IMG/VR virus record: IMGVR_UViG_3300043447_000372 | Location: 1 to 26,635 of that record | Length of the DNA stretch: 26,635 nucleotides | From: a virus | Lineage: Duplodnaviria; Caudoviricetes | Strand: one strand, 5' to 3' | Part shown: piece after piece, positions 9,561 to 16,946 of the stretch | Layout: the number at the start of each line of letters is the position of its first letter | How positions within the stretch are numbered: the stretch's first letter is position 1 | Position numbers and translations under genes: made by a program | The notes under the pieces: generated by a model | Seen by the model: the letters and a program-made list of their open reading frames with translations, nothing else | The model's database searches: none | Told to the model about the DNA's origin: nothing

Positions 9561-10238
9561 TTATTCTACTCCTATTTGTGCATTTGCTATCCACTTGAAT
9601 CCTACTGAAACTCCCGCCGAGGCTCCTGACTTAGATCCAGCATAGAAGTTTTTCTTGTACAGCTTTGGTTTTTTGATGTGTTCATATAATCCAGAAGCTC
9701 TTAAGAATGACTGTCTAAAGTAAATATTAAAAAACTCATCCGCAATCTTTTCAAAAGATCCTTGAACAAATTGTCCTCCTGGGGTGTCAACCTCTACTGA
9801 GTTTTTTGTAAACACTGTCTGCCCATCTATTTCAAATGCAAGAACATCAGATTTCTTTGGAGAAATTTTTACTGGAATTCCCTCTTCCATTATTTTTGCT
9901 TTATTGTAAAATGGAACATTTGATCCATTGGCAAGGCTAGATGACTGCTTAAAGCTTGACTTAAAAGATAGACCTATTCCGCTTACAGTATAGTTAAAGT
10001 CATACAGTCTTGCTGCTGGACTTCCTGTTTGGTACCACTCATAAATATGGTGTAATGCTTTTGGGTTTGACCTTGCTTCTGCATCTATGTATTCCTTTAG
10101 AACAACAAGAGTGCTTGCTCCTAAATTTTTTAACATAACAGATTTTCCTTTTTGAGCACCATCCAAAAACCCAATAGAATAGTTAGCTATATTGTTAAGC
10201 TTTTTCTGAAGATCTTTTACGTCTACTGTGACTTTCAT
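9561..10238 (-). CDS. Neck / tail completion protein (HK97 gp10-like position)
   Basis: 225-aa basic protein (MKVTVDVKDLQKKLNN...), TAATG-coupled to the upstream gene; function from synteny. Confidence 0.5.
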   Translation of the reverse strand: MKVTVDVKDLQKKLNNIANYSIGFLDGAQKGKSVMLKNLGASTLVVLKEYIDAEARSNPKALHHIYEWYQTGSPAARLYDFNYTVSGIGLSFKSSFKQSSSLANGSNVPFYNKAKIMEEGIPVKISPKKSDVLAFEIDGQTVFTKNSVEVDTPGGQFVQGSFEKIADEFFNIYFRQSFLRASGLYEHIKKPKLYKKNFYAGSKSGASAGVSVGFKWIANAQIGVE

Positions 10239-10687
10239 TAATCACCAACTGTCTGGTTTTCAGATCTGCGCCACATCATTGAGTAGTATTCAATAGACTG
10301 AAGACCACCAATAAAAGGCTCAAGACTGGCAACCTCAAACATTGTACCTCTACCGCTTCTTGGGCCAGCCGTTTCTCTATAAACTAAATTGTCTCCTGGA
10401 AATCTTATATTTGTTACAAGTATATTTGTTAGTGCATGGTTTTCATTTTTTGAGGATGTTCTAATATCTTCTCTAGATCTAGCAATTAGCTTGCCATCTT
10501 GTTGTAAAAATACAGCTGGGCTAATTTCTTCTTGTGTTTTTTTTGCAATTGGCTGAGCATTACAAGCTATTGTTCTATCAAATATCCACTCTTTTGTAGG
10601 CTTACCATAGTCATTTTGTGTAATAATTGCATAATACACATCAGCTAACAATGGATTCATAAAGTCTGTAGACCCACAAGCAACCAT
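10238..10687 (-). CDS. Probable head closure (stopper) protein
   Basis: 149 aa with a QNDYGKPTKEW-type motif, following the adaptor; TAATG coupling at both ends. Confidence 0.55.
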   Translation of the reverse strand: MVACGSTDFMNPLLADVYYAIITQNDYGKPTKEWIFDRTIACNAQPIAKKTQEEISPAVFLQQDGKLIARSREDIRTSSKNENHALTNILVTNIRFPGDNLVYRETAGPRSGRGTMFEVASLEPFIGGLQSIEYYSMMWRRSENQTVGD

Positions 10688-11667
10688 TACAACATCCCAG
10701 GTGTACGTAAGTTTGTCATATACTTATCAAGAATAATGTCAACTAAAATATTTCCTGTCCCAAAGAACTTTGATGAATCATATTTTAATCTAAAATGGTC
10801 TGTTTGATACTCAGTAATGTATGCCTTATAGTGATCCATCTTTCCACACTTTAAGTCATCAATCAGCATATTCATTGCATCACGAACATCGCTTGGTATA
10901 ACCTTGTACCCTGCCTCATAGACAAACACATAATCAAACCCCTCTGGGAATGCTACTGCTGGATTTCTTGTATTTGTCCACATATTGTCAAAGTTTTCAT
11001 ATGGAGCATATGCATAAAATGAATCTGATCCAGCATCTCTATACTTTAGAGGCTTTCGTTCTGATCTATTTTTTGGTTCATACTGTGATGAGTCTGATGG
11101 TACTTTTACTAATGCAGTTCTATCTTTTGTAATTACATAGTTAAATCCAGCAAGTGCTGATGGTGATTGCTTAGAGTCAAAAACCAGAACTCCATTTTCA
11201 TACACTTCATCAATCTTATAAATTGTTTCCCATACTGGCATATAGTCAGTACCTTGGCCTACTACCTCAAGAACCTTTTTCTCAAACGTAAAACCACGAC
11301 TAATCAAAGAGTCAATAATCGCTCTTGCAATTCTTTCGTTATACTGTGCTTGTGCAATTTCTGTTGCTGTAGTTCCAAGTGTTCGTGGGTCAACATATGG
11401 TCTAATAATGCTGAGAATATCTTGAACTAAAATATGCTCTTCTGCCTCATTGGTAATTTCATAGATGGCGACAGAATAATCATGGTCGTAGGTAACAAAA
11501 TCACCTGTTAGCAAAAATGTAATCTGAGAGTTTTCATCAGATACTAATATTTCGGATGCCTCAATAGTCTTTGGTGCATTCTCAATTGTAAACAGATATT
11601 CTGTATCGGGCAAAGGAACATCATATTTTACTTCAATTGGAAATGGTGGGAGTCTAAGAATGATCAT
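10687..11667 (-). CDS. Probable head-to-tail adaptor
   Basis: 326 aa; ERIARAIIDS, YEAGYKVIPSDVRDAMNMLI and VDIILDKY motifs resemble gp15/gp6-like adaptors. Confidence 0.65.
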   Translation of the reverse strand: MIILRLPPFPIEVKYDVPLPDTEYLFTIENAPKTIEASEILVSDENSQITFLLTGDFVTYDHDYSVAIYEITNEAEEHILVQDILSIIRPYVDPRTLGTTATEIAQAQYNERIARAIIDSLISRGFTFEKKVLEVVGQGTDYMPVWETIYKIDEVYENGVLVFDSKQSPSALAGFNYVITKDRTALVKVPSDSSQYEPKNRSERKPLKYRDAGSDSFYAYAPYENFDNMWTNTRNPAVAFPEGFDYVFVYEAGYKVIPSDVRDAMNMLIDDLKCGKMDHYKAYITEYQTDHFRLKYDSSKFFGTGNILVDIILDKYMTNLRTPGML

Positions 11668-11669
11668 AA

Positions 11670-12008
11670 TTATTTACCGTAGTGTTTTGCCACTTCTTGT
11701 GGTGTCGCTATGCGAACCTTGCTGTGGGTAAGCCACTTTTCGGAAACCTCCTTGGTTACTATGTTATAGCCTTTTACGACTTCTCCAACACCGTTCCAGA
11801 ATATATTGCGCTCTGAGAATAGTGCTACTTTTTCTACCTTTGGCTTTTCCTCTTGTACTATGAATGTTGGCTCTAGTGGTATCCAACCTTCAATAATACT
11901 AAGCATTTCAGCCTTTTTTGTTGCCCCCACTAAATCAATGTTATTCTTTTTAGCAAAAGACTTTATTTCCATAACTGTCTTTTTTGATAAATCATCTTCA
12001 ATAAACAT
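11670..12008 (-). CDS. Small protein with N-terminal helix-extension-helix (Rho_N/HeH-like) module
   Basis: LSKKTVMEIKSFAKKNNIDLVGATKKAEMLSII fits the HeH pattern; SD AGGAGG; own promoter. Confidence 0.6.
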   Translation of the reverse strand: MFIEDDLSKKTVMEIKSFAKKNNIDLVGATKKAEMLSIIEGWIPLEPTFIVQEEKPKVEKVALFSERNIFWNGVGEVVKGYNIVTKEVSEKWLTHSKVRIATPQEVAKHYGK

Positions 12009-12024
12009 TAATTCCTCCTAAGTC

Positions 12025-12033
12025 ATTATACCA
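12025..12033 (-). promoter_or_regulatory. Extended -10 promoter TGGTATAAT
   Basis: TGGTATAAT-GACTTAGGAGGAATTA-ATG; intergenic. Confidence 0.75.
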
Positions 12034-12036
12034 GAA

Positions 12037-12276
12037 TTAGCGTCGTCTTCCTCTACCAAAATTATTTTGAGATGGAAGCCTAATTCCGTTCGGTGTTCCA
12101 GATGGATTAACAGCATTCGGACCAGATGTATCCCCCATGTTTGCTTGCCCCATAGTGCCCATTGTATTGGCCTGTAAGCCCCCTGGACCCATGATTATGA
12201 CTCCTGGGTTACCCAATGTCACAATAGCCCCTTCAGCGACGTGTGTATGGTTTTCTGATGTTCCTGGATATGACAT
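12037..12276 (-). CDS. 79-aa paralog of the major capsid protein N-terminal arm
   Basis: SD AAGGAG; shares YPGT, HTH, EGA, MG, ANxGD and VNPxGTPxGIxLPxQ, in order, with the capsid N-terminus. Confidence 0.8.
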   Translation of the reverse strand: MSYPGTSENHTHVAEGAIVTLGNPGVIIMGPGGLQANTMGTMGQANMGDTSGPNAVNPSGTPNGIRLPSQNNFGRGRRR

Positions 12277-12287
12277 ATTATTCTCCT

Positions 12288-12331
12288 TATAAAAGACTGA
12301 AGGGAACGGCTTTTACACCGTTCCCCAAGTC
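12288..12331 (-). terminator. Intrinsic terminator after the major capsid gene
   Basis: GGGAACGGT-GTAAAA-GCCGTTCCC stem, extendable by GACT/AGTC, followed by TTTTAT. Confidence 0.75.
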
Positions 12332-12345
12332 AATCGTTTTAGCGA

Positions 12346-13455
12346 TTATGAGTTGTTTGCTGCTGTTGCGAATGCGACTGCATCAAGCTCTTCCCATTGG
12401 ATACCAAAGCGGACGAATACTGTGTACTCAATTGTGTCCTTCTTTGGCTGGTAGAAACGGTTTACAGTGATATCACGCTGGAATCCCCATACACGGTTCT
12501 GTGGGAATGTAAGATCTACATATCCTGCAGGGTAGTAAGGAACTTCCTGAACCTCAACACCGAGAACACGTGTTGTACGTGCTCCACCAAATGTCTGAGC
12601 GTTTCCATCATAGTATGACTGACGCATAGCCTCTGTACCACCAAGACGTGGAGTAAATGCTTCTGCAATTGCATCTGCAAGTGTTCCGTTGTTCTTGACA
12701 ATACCCTGGAATGCATCTGTACCAGCATAGAACTTAAGGTTGTTCTTGATTGCACGGTACTTACGTGGCATAGCAAGGATGATATCCTGAAGTACTGGTG
12801 TTGTCCAGTTGTTATTCTCAACTGTTACGAGAGACTCGTGTGAATCTCCACCCTGTACCTTTGAAACGAATCCTTCCATGATTGAAAGGAAGTCGCCTGT
12901 TGAACCGTCACCGTTGATCGCAAGATCTTCAATGTCGTTAGCAAAAGCTGTTGTCATCAAACGTACGAGATGGTCTTCAAGAGCTCCACCTTCTACGTTA
13001 TCTTCAAGAGCTTCTGTTGAAACTTCCCAGTCAAGACGAATCTTCTTAGTAGTCAATTCAACCTTAGAGAAAGTTGCGCCTGCATTTGTAAATGTAGGGT
13101 CTGCCTGTGCTGCTGCACGAATTACACGCTCACCAACGTTAACCTTTTCAAGTTCCATTGTGTTAGCTCGCATTGTAACTCTACGTCCATCCTTAGCGAG
13201 AACTGTAGCATCCCACACATAATCAATGAAGCGACGAGCTTGTTCAGGCAATAGGATACCACCAGGTGTACCAACTGGATTTACTCCGAGTTGTGCATCA
13301 CCGTAGTTTGCACCATCAATGTTACCCATGACACCAACACGACCATTAACAATGGCTGCTGCGTCTGCGGTAGAACCAGATGCTACTGCGCCTTCACCTG
13401 TATGGGTGTGGCCTTGTGTTGTACCTGGATAGTTTTTTACGATATCTTCTGACAT
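12346..13455 (-). CDS. Major capsid protein (HK97-type fold expected), 369 aa
   Basis: GGILLPEQARRFIDYV, EALEDNVEG and NDIEDLAINGD motifs; follows protease/scaffold. Start moved to ATG 13455 because the upstream GTG is part of the SD GGAGGTG. Confidence 0.92.
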   Translation of the reverse strand: MSEDIVKNYPGTTQGHTHTGEGAVASGSTADAAAIVNGRVGVMGNIDGANYGDAQLGVNPVGTPGGILLPEQARRFIDYVWDATVLAKDGRRVTMRANTMELEKVNVGERVIRAAAQADPTFTNAGATFSKVELTTKKIRLDWEVSTEALEDNVEGGALEDHLVRLMTTAFANDIEDLAINGDGSTGDFLSIMEGFVSKVQGGDSHESLVTVENNNWTTPVLQDIILAMPRKYRAIKNNLKFYAGTDAFQGIVKNNGTLADAIAEAFTPRLGGTEAMRQSYYDGNAQTFGGARTTRVLGVEVQEVPYYPAGYVDLTFPQNRVWGFQRDITVNRFYQPKKDTIEYTVFVRFGIQWEELDAVAFATAANNS

Positions 13456-13482
13456 ATTGTTCACCTCCTAGTGATTTTTATG

Positions 13483-14037
13483 TTAGTTGTATAGGTCGGA
13501 GAATTTGAGGAAACGTCCGCCCCATAGGGATTTTTGAACTGGGGTTGAGTCCAATTCCTGCACGATCTCGCCTAGATCGCCAGACTTGCGGAAAGCTGTG
13601 TCCTTTTCTACGGAATCAACTCGCTTTCCAATTTCATTAAAAGTACCCTTGATCTGATTTACATCAGTTGTTGTGGCATCAAGAGACTTCTTCATATTAG
13701 CAACTTCATCACTAAGTGACTTAATTGTTGCTGTTAGATCGCCAAAGGCATTAGTAACAGACTCCTTGATTTCTGCAATTGCACTTGCAATTACTTCGTC
13801 AGCCTTTGCAGCTTCTTCTGCTGCTGGTGCTTCTGGAGCCTGAATCGCATCTTCTGGTGAAGATGTAGCACTATCTTCTGCAACTGCATCAGACTTTTCA
13901 GCTTCAGCAACTGGTGCTTCTGCTTCAACTACTGCTTCAGGTGCTTCTGTTGGTTGTGCCTCTGGAGTGACCTCTACAGATACTGCTTCTGCTTCTGCAA
14001 CTGGTGCTTCAACTACTGCTGTTGTATCTTCTGACAT
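13483..14037 (-). CDS. Nested in-frame scaffolding protein (184 aa, MSEDTTAVVEA...)
   Basis: Strong internal SD AAGGAGGT (14052-14045) lies 7 nt before an in-frame ATG at the protease/scaffold boundary. Confidence 0.7.
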   Translation of the reverse strand: MSEDTTAVVEAPVAEAEAVSVEVTPEAQPTEAPEAVVEAEAPVAEAEKSDAVAEDSATSSPEDAIQAPEAPAAEEAAKADEVIASAIAEIKESVTNAFGDLTATIKSLSDEVANMKKSLDATTTDVNQIKGTFNEIGKRVDSVEKDTAFRKSGDLGEIVQELDSTPVQKSLWGGRFLKFSDLYN

Positions 14038-14796
14038 AGGGTTTACCTCCTTTGTAATCTTAGATGTATTAATGCCTTTAGCACTATCAACTAAGAACTT
14101 TATCATATTTGCTTTATCTGAGTCATTCTTTTCTACAAAACCAATGTTCTTCATTTCGTTGCCACTTACTGGGCTAACATATGTTTCTTCATCAGAGGTT
14201 AGAACGATGCCTGTCTCTTCGTCATAGAAAACATTTTCTACAACAACATCTGCAAACTCTCCCTTAATTACATCAACGCCATCAACTTTTTCAACTGACA
14301 TGATGCTAGCAAACTGATTTGCTGGAGAATCTACTAAAGACAATTCTACCAGATCATAGTCCTTAATGATGCGGATTGTCTTATCAAGTTCTTCATTGTA
14401 TGCGTCATCCCACTTATTCATTCTGCCGCCGATAGAAAAACCAGTGTATGTTCCGTCTAAAACCTTTTCCCATGCATCCTGTGCACCCTTGGAAATATAT
14501 GTAGATACGTAGACACCCTTATAGAACTTTTTTGTTGCTGGATCAAAATACTTTTCTTCTTTAAAGTTAAGCATCTTGCCAACTGCTGATGGCTGATGCA
14601 TTTCTCTAATGTTCCCACGGAACTTTGCAAAAGCACTCATAGACGCTTCTGTTGTTACAATGTCATACTGCTTGTCAACATTGTCAAGTGAGGCAAACCC
14701 AGAGACAATTCTCTTCTCTGTATCTACTTTGCCAAAAGGCATTGAGAGGCGAACATTGTCGCCATCAGTGGTCCAAAAAGCTTTATTTATGTTCAT
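13483..14796 (-). CDS. Prohead protease-scaffold fusion
   Basis: N-terminal HK97-type protease motifs (VSGFAS, IREMH, GFSIGG, ELSLVDSPAN), then an Ala/Glu-rich linker and coiled coil. Confidence 0.9.
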   Translation of the reverse strand: MNINKAFWTTDGDNVRLSMPFGKVDTEKRIVSGFASLDNVDKQYDIVTTEASMSAFAKFRGNIREMHQPSAVGKMLNFKEEKYFDPATKKFYKGVYVSTYISKGAQDAWEKVLDGTYTGFSIGGRMNKWDDAYNEELDKTIRIIKDYDLVELSLVDSPANQFASIMSVEKVDGVDVIKGEFADVVVENVFYDEETGIVLTSDEETYVSPVSGNEMKNIGFVEKNDSDKANMIKFLVDSAKGINTSKITKEVNPMSEDTTAVVEAPVAEAEAVSVEVTPEAQPTEAPEAVVEAEAPVAEAEKSDAVAEDSATSSPEDAIQAPEAPAAEEAAKADEVIASAIAEIKESVTNAFGDLTATIKSLSDEVANMKKSLDATTTDVNQIKGTFNEIGKRVDSVEKDTAFRKSGDLGEIVQELDSTPVQKSLWGGRFLKFSDLYN

Positions 14797-14805
14797 ATCG
14801 TATCT

Positions 14806-14814
14806 ATTATACCA
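14806..14814 (-). promoter_or_regulatory. Extended -10 promoter TGGTATAAT, (near-)leaderless
   Basis: TGGTATAAT-AGATACGAT-ATG; no SD before the protease start. Confidence 0.7.
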
Positions 14815-14836
14815 AACCTTTTATAACGTTTCTTAA

Positions 14837-16471
14837 TTATTGAGACGCTCTGCCTTCGCCCTTGGGATTTCTTCCAGATACAGTTGCAGTGCCGTCTGAC
14901 TGGTTGTTCAATCTTTCTCCATCACGAGAACGATTTCCGTTTGCCCTGGCATCTGCTGCCTGTCTTGGACTTAGCTCAAGAGGTTCATCTCCATGCTCTG
15001 CCTGTGGCAGATCAAGAATCTCACGAGCTTCGTTAGGAAGCATAATCTGATTCTTAACATAACGCTCAAGAATCTGTGACTGAGCAATTTCATCTGTCAG
15101 TGTGAGCTCATTGAACTTAAACTGAAGAATGTCTGTTTTTTCTTTGATGAGCTTGCCAATAACCTTTTCAAGATGCTGTTGCTCTGGGCGAGAAACTTGC
15201 TCCTTGAATGTACGGTCTTGTGAAAGAGCTGCTGCAATTGCTCCAGAGTCTGCCCCTCCAAGCTTTGATATTGGCACTTGATGTGCAATTAAAATGTCAT
15301 CACGGTTTTGCTTGCGATACTCCTTAAACGAACCATCTTGAATTCCATTTTCAATTGGCTTCATGTCAAACTCAACCTTAGAATGATCATTATCTCCAGG
15401 CAAAGGAATATAAAGGGTTCTATGAGACTGAGACTTAAGACCAGTCTGCAAGAACCTAAACATCTTATCTTCAGCATCTGCAGATAGCTTTGCACCCTTT
15501 AATGTGATTACATATCTTGGTACCGCTTTATTTTCAAAATAGTCAATATTGTACTGTGAAGCAAGCTGGTCACCAATCAAAGACGGCAAAGCTGCAACAA
15601 TATCTGGCACACCGTAGTAAGTGTTTAAAGGTGAGTAGTCCTTAAAATGAATAATCTCATTTGGACGAGAATCTGCTGTTAAAGGATTCTGGTTTGTAGC
15701 ACCAAAGTTACGGAAGTAAACAACTTTTGGACCAATGATTTGAACAAATCCATCACGGATACGACGAACACGAACTGTTGTAGAAGGAATATGTCCCACA
15801 TACCCAATCTCACCAGCAACAGTTCTACCAACTTCCATATACCCATTTCCAGTTGCCTGTAAGTCTGTATAGATCTTCTCCATTGTACGTGTAAAACTAT
15901 CATCATCGTTTAATGACTCTAACCAGTCACGCAATTCAAGCTTTGCTTTTTCAATGCGCTTACGAGCACGATCTGTTGCTGCCTTATCTGTATTGGTTTC
16001 AAGACTAAGCATTGTTCTATCTGTAACATCAAAGCGGTATCCAAGACCAACAACATTTTCTACCTTAGCATCAATAGCAGCATGGTTTGCAAAAGATGTG
16101 TCATAAAAGTTTGCTAATTCATATAAATTGTATGGTGGTGTGATTACATCAAAGAGTCCATATCCATTGCGATAAACCAAACCAGGGTTAATTGCCTTTG
16201 ATCCAGAATCTTTAAGTCCCTTTGGATCAGCATTTGCAGAATCAAGATATTGTGGACTAAGAAGATTAATGTTTGCATTGGTAGCAAGGTACCCCTCTTG
16301 GGTCATTGCCTTATTTACTTGCCTTGTAACACGACGCTTAAAGTTTTCCTCAATACCGCCAAGAGCTTTAAGTTCGTCCCAAGATTTATTAAATGGGTCG
16401 CTATTCTTAAACTGACTTTCTTGCTTTTCTGCTGTACTAAGTCTTGCCTCTAGGTAGTCGCTATTACTCAT
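14837..16471 (-). CDS. Portal protein (PBSX/HK97-like family)
   Basis: HAAIDAKVENVVGLGY, TGNGYMEV, EIIHFKDYSPLNTYYGVPD and YFENKAVP motifs; precedes the protease; ATG at 16471 overlaps the upstream stop. Confidence 0.92.
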   Translation of the reverse strand: MSNSDYLEARLSTAEKQESQFKNSDPFNKSWDELKALGGIEENFKRRVTRQVNKAMTQEGYLATNANINLLSPQYLDSANADPKGLKDSGSKAINPGLVYRNGYGLFDVITPPYNLYELANFYDTSFANHAAIDAKVENVVGLGYRFDVTDRTMLSLETNTDKAATDRARKRIEKAKLELRDWLESLNDDDSFTRTMEKIYTDLQATGNGYMEVGRTVAGEIGYVGHIPSTTVRVRRIRDGFVQIIGPKVVYFRNFGATNQNPLTADSRPNEIIHFKDYSPLNTYYGVPDIVAALPSLIGDQLASQYNIDYFENKAVPRYVITLKGAKLSADAEDKMFRFLQTGLKSQSHRTLYIPLPGDNDHSKVEFDMKPIENGIQDGSFKEYRKQNRDDILIAHQVPISKLGGADSGAIAAALSQDRTFKEQVSRPEQQHLEKVIGKLIKEKTDILQFKFNELTLTDEIAQSQILERYVKNQIMLPNEAREILDLPQAEHGDEPLELSPRQAADARANGNRSRDGERLNNQSDGTATVSGRNPKGEGRASQ

Positions 16472-16859
16472 CAAACATATCCTTACCCGCCTTATTCAGC
16501 GTCTGTTGGGCTGCATGCCATGCACCAAGGTCATTCATTGAAGGAATAAGACCAGACTTCATGCGATCCATCTGCTCTGTATATTCTTCATCGGTGATTC
16601 GTGTCAAACCAGGAACAAAGACTGCTTCTCCGTCGCCTTCATCTCCATAATGCTTTGCTGCAGCTTTAAGTTCTGCTATTTTTGTTATATCATTACGCAT
16701 TGATTCAATATTAAGGACGTTGCCTTCTCCATCTGTAAACCACTTGCCATTTGACTTCTTGTACACGTATAGTCCCCAGTTATATTTCTTTTCAATAACT
16801 TGTCTACGTACATTTTTGACGATTGGTTCGCCAGTTTCAGGGTTAATTAAGGAATCCAT
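16464..16859 (-). CDS. Hypothetical protein upstream of the portal (131 aa, MDSLINPETG...)
   Basis: Coupled to the portal gene. Start reassigned to ATG 16859 because a promoter lies within the longer ORF-track N-terminus. Confidence 0.75.
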   Translation of the reverse strand: MDSLINPETGEPIVKNVRRQVIEKKYNWGLYVYKKSNGKWFTDGEGNVLNIESMRNDITKIAELKAAAKHYGDEGDGEAVFVPGLTRITDEEYTEQMDRMKSGLIPSMNDLGAWHAAQQTLNKAGKDMFDE

Positions 16860-16866
16860 AGCTATT

Positions 16867-16875
16867 AGTATACCA
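16867..16875 (-). promoter_or_regulatory. Extended -10 promoter TGGTATACT, leaderless
   Basis: TGGTATACT-AATAGCT-ATG; the 7-nt spacing places the expected start site at the ATG. Confidence 0.7.
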
Positions 16876-16894
16876 TATATCAATCAAGAATGCA

Positions 16895-16929
16895 TCAAGC
16901 CCTACCAGATTTTCTCCAGTAGGGCCTGA
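16895..16929 (-). terminator. 15-bp hairpin after the reductase gene (terminator-like, weak U tract)
   Basis: TCAGGCCCTACTGGA-GAAAA-TCTGGTAGGGCTTGA; pairs fully only on the minus strand, through three G-U pairs. Confidence 0.7.
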
Positions 16930-16946
16930 TATTGTACCTGTTGTGT

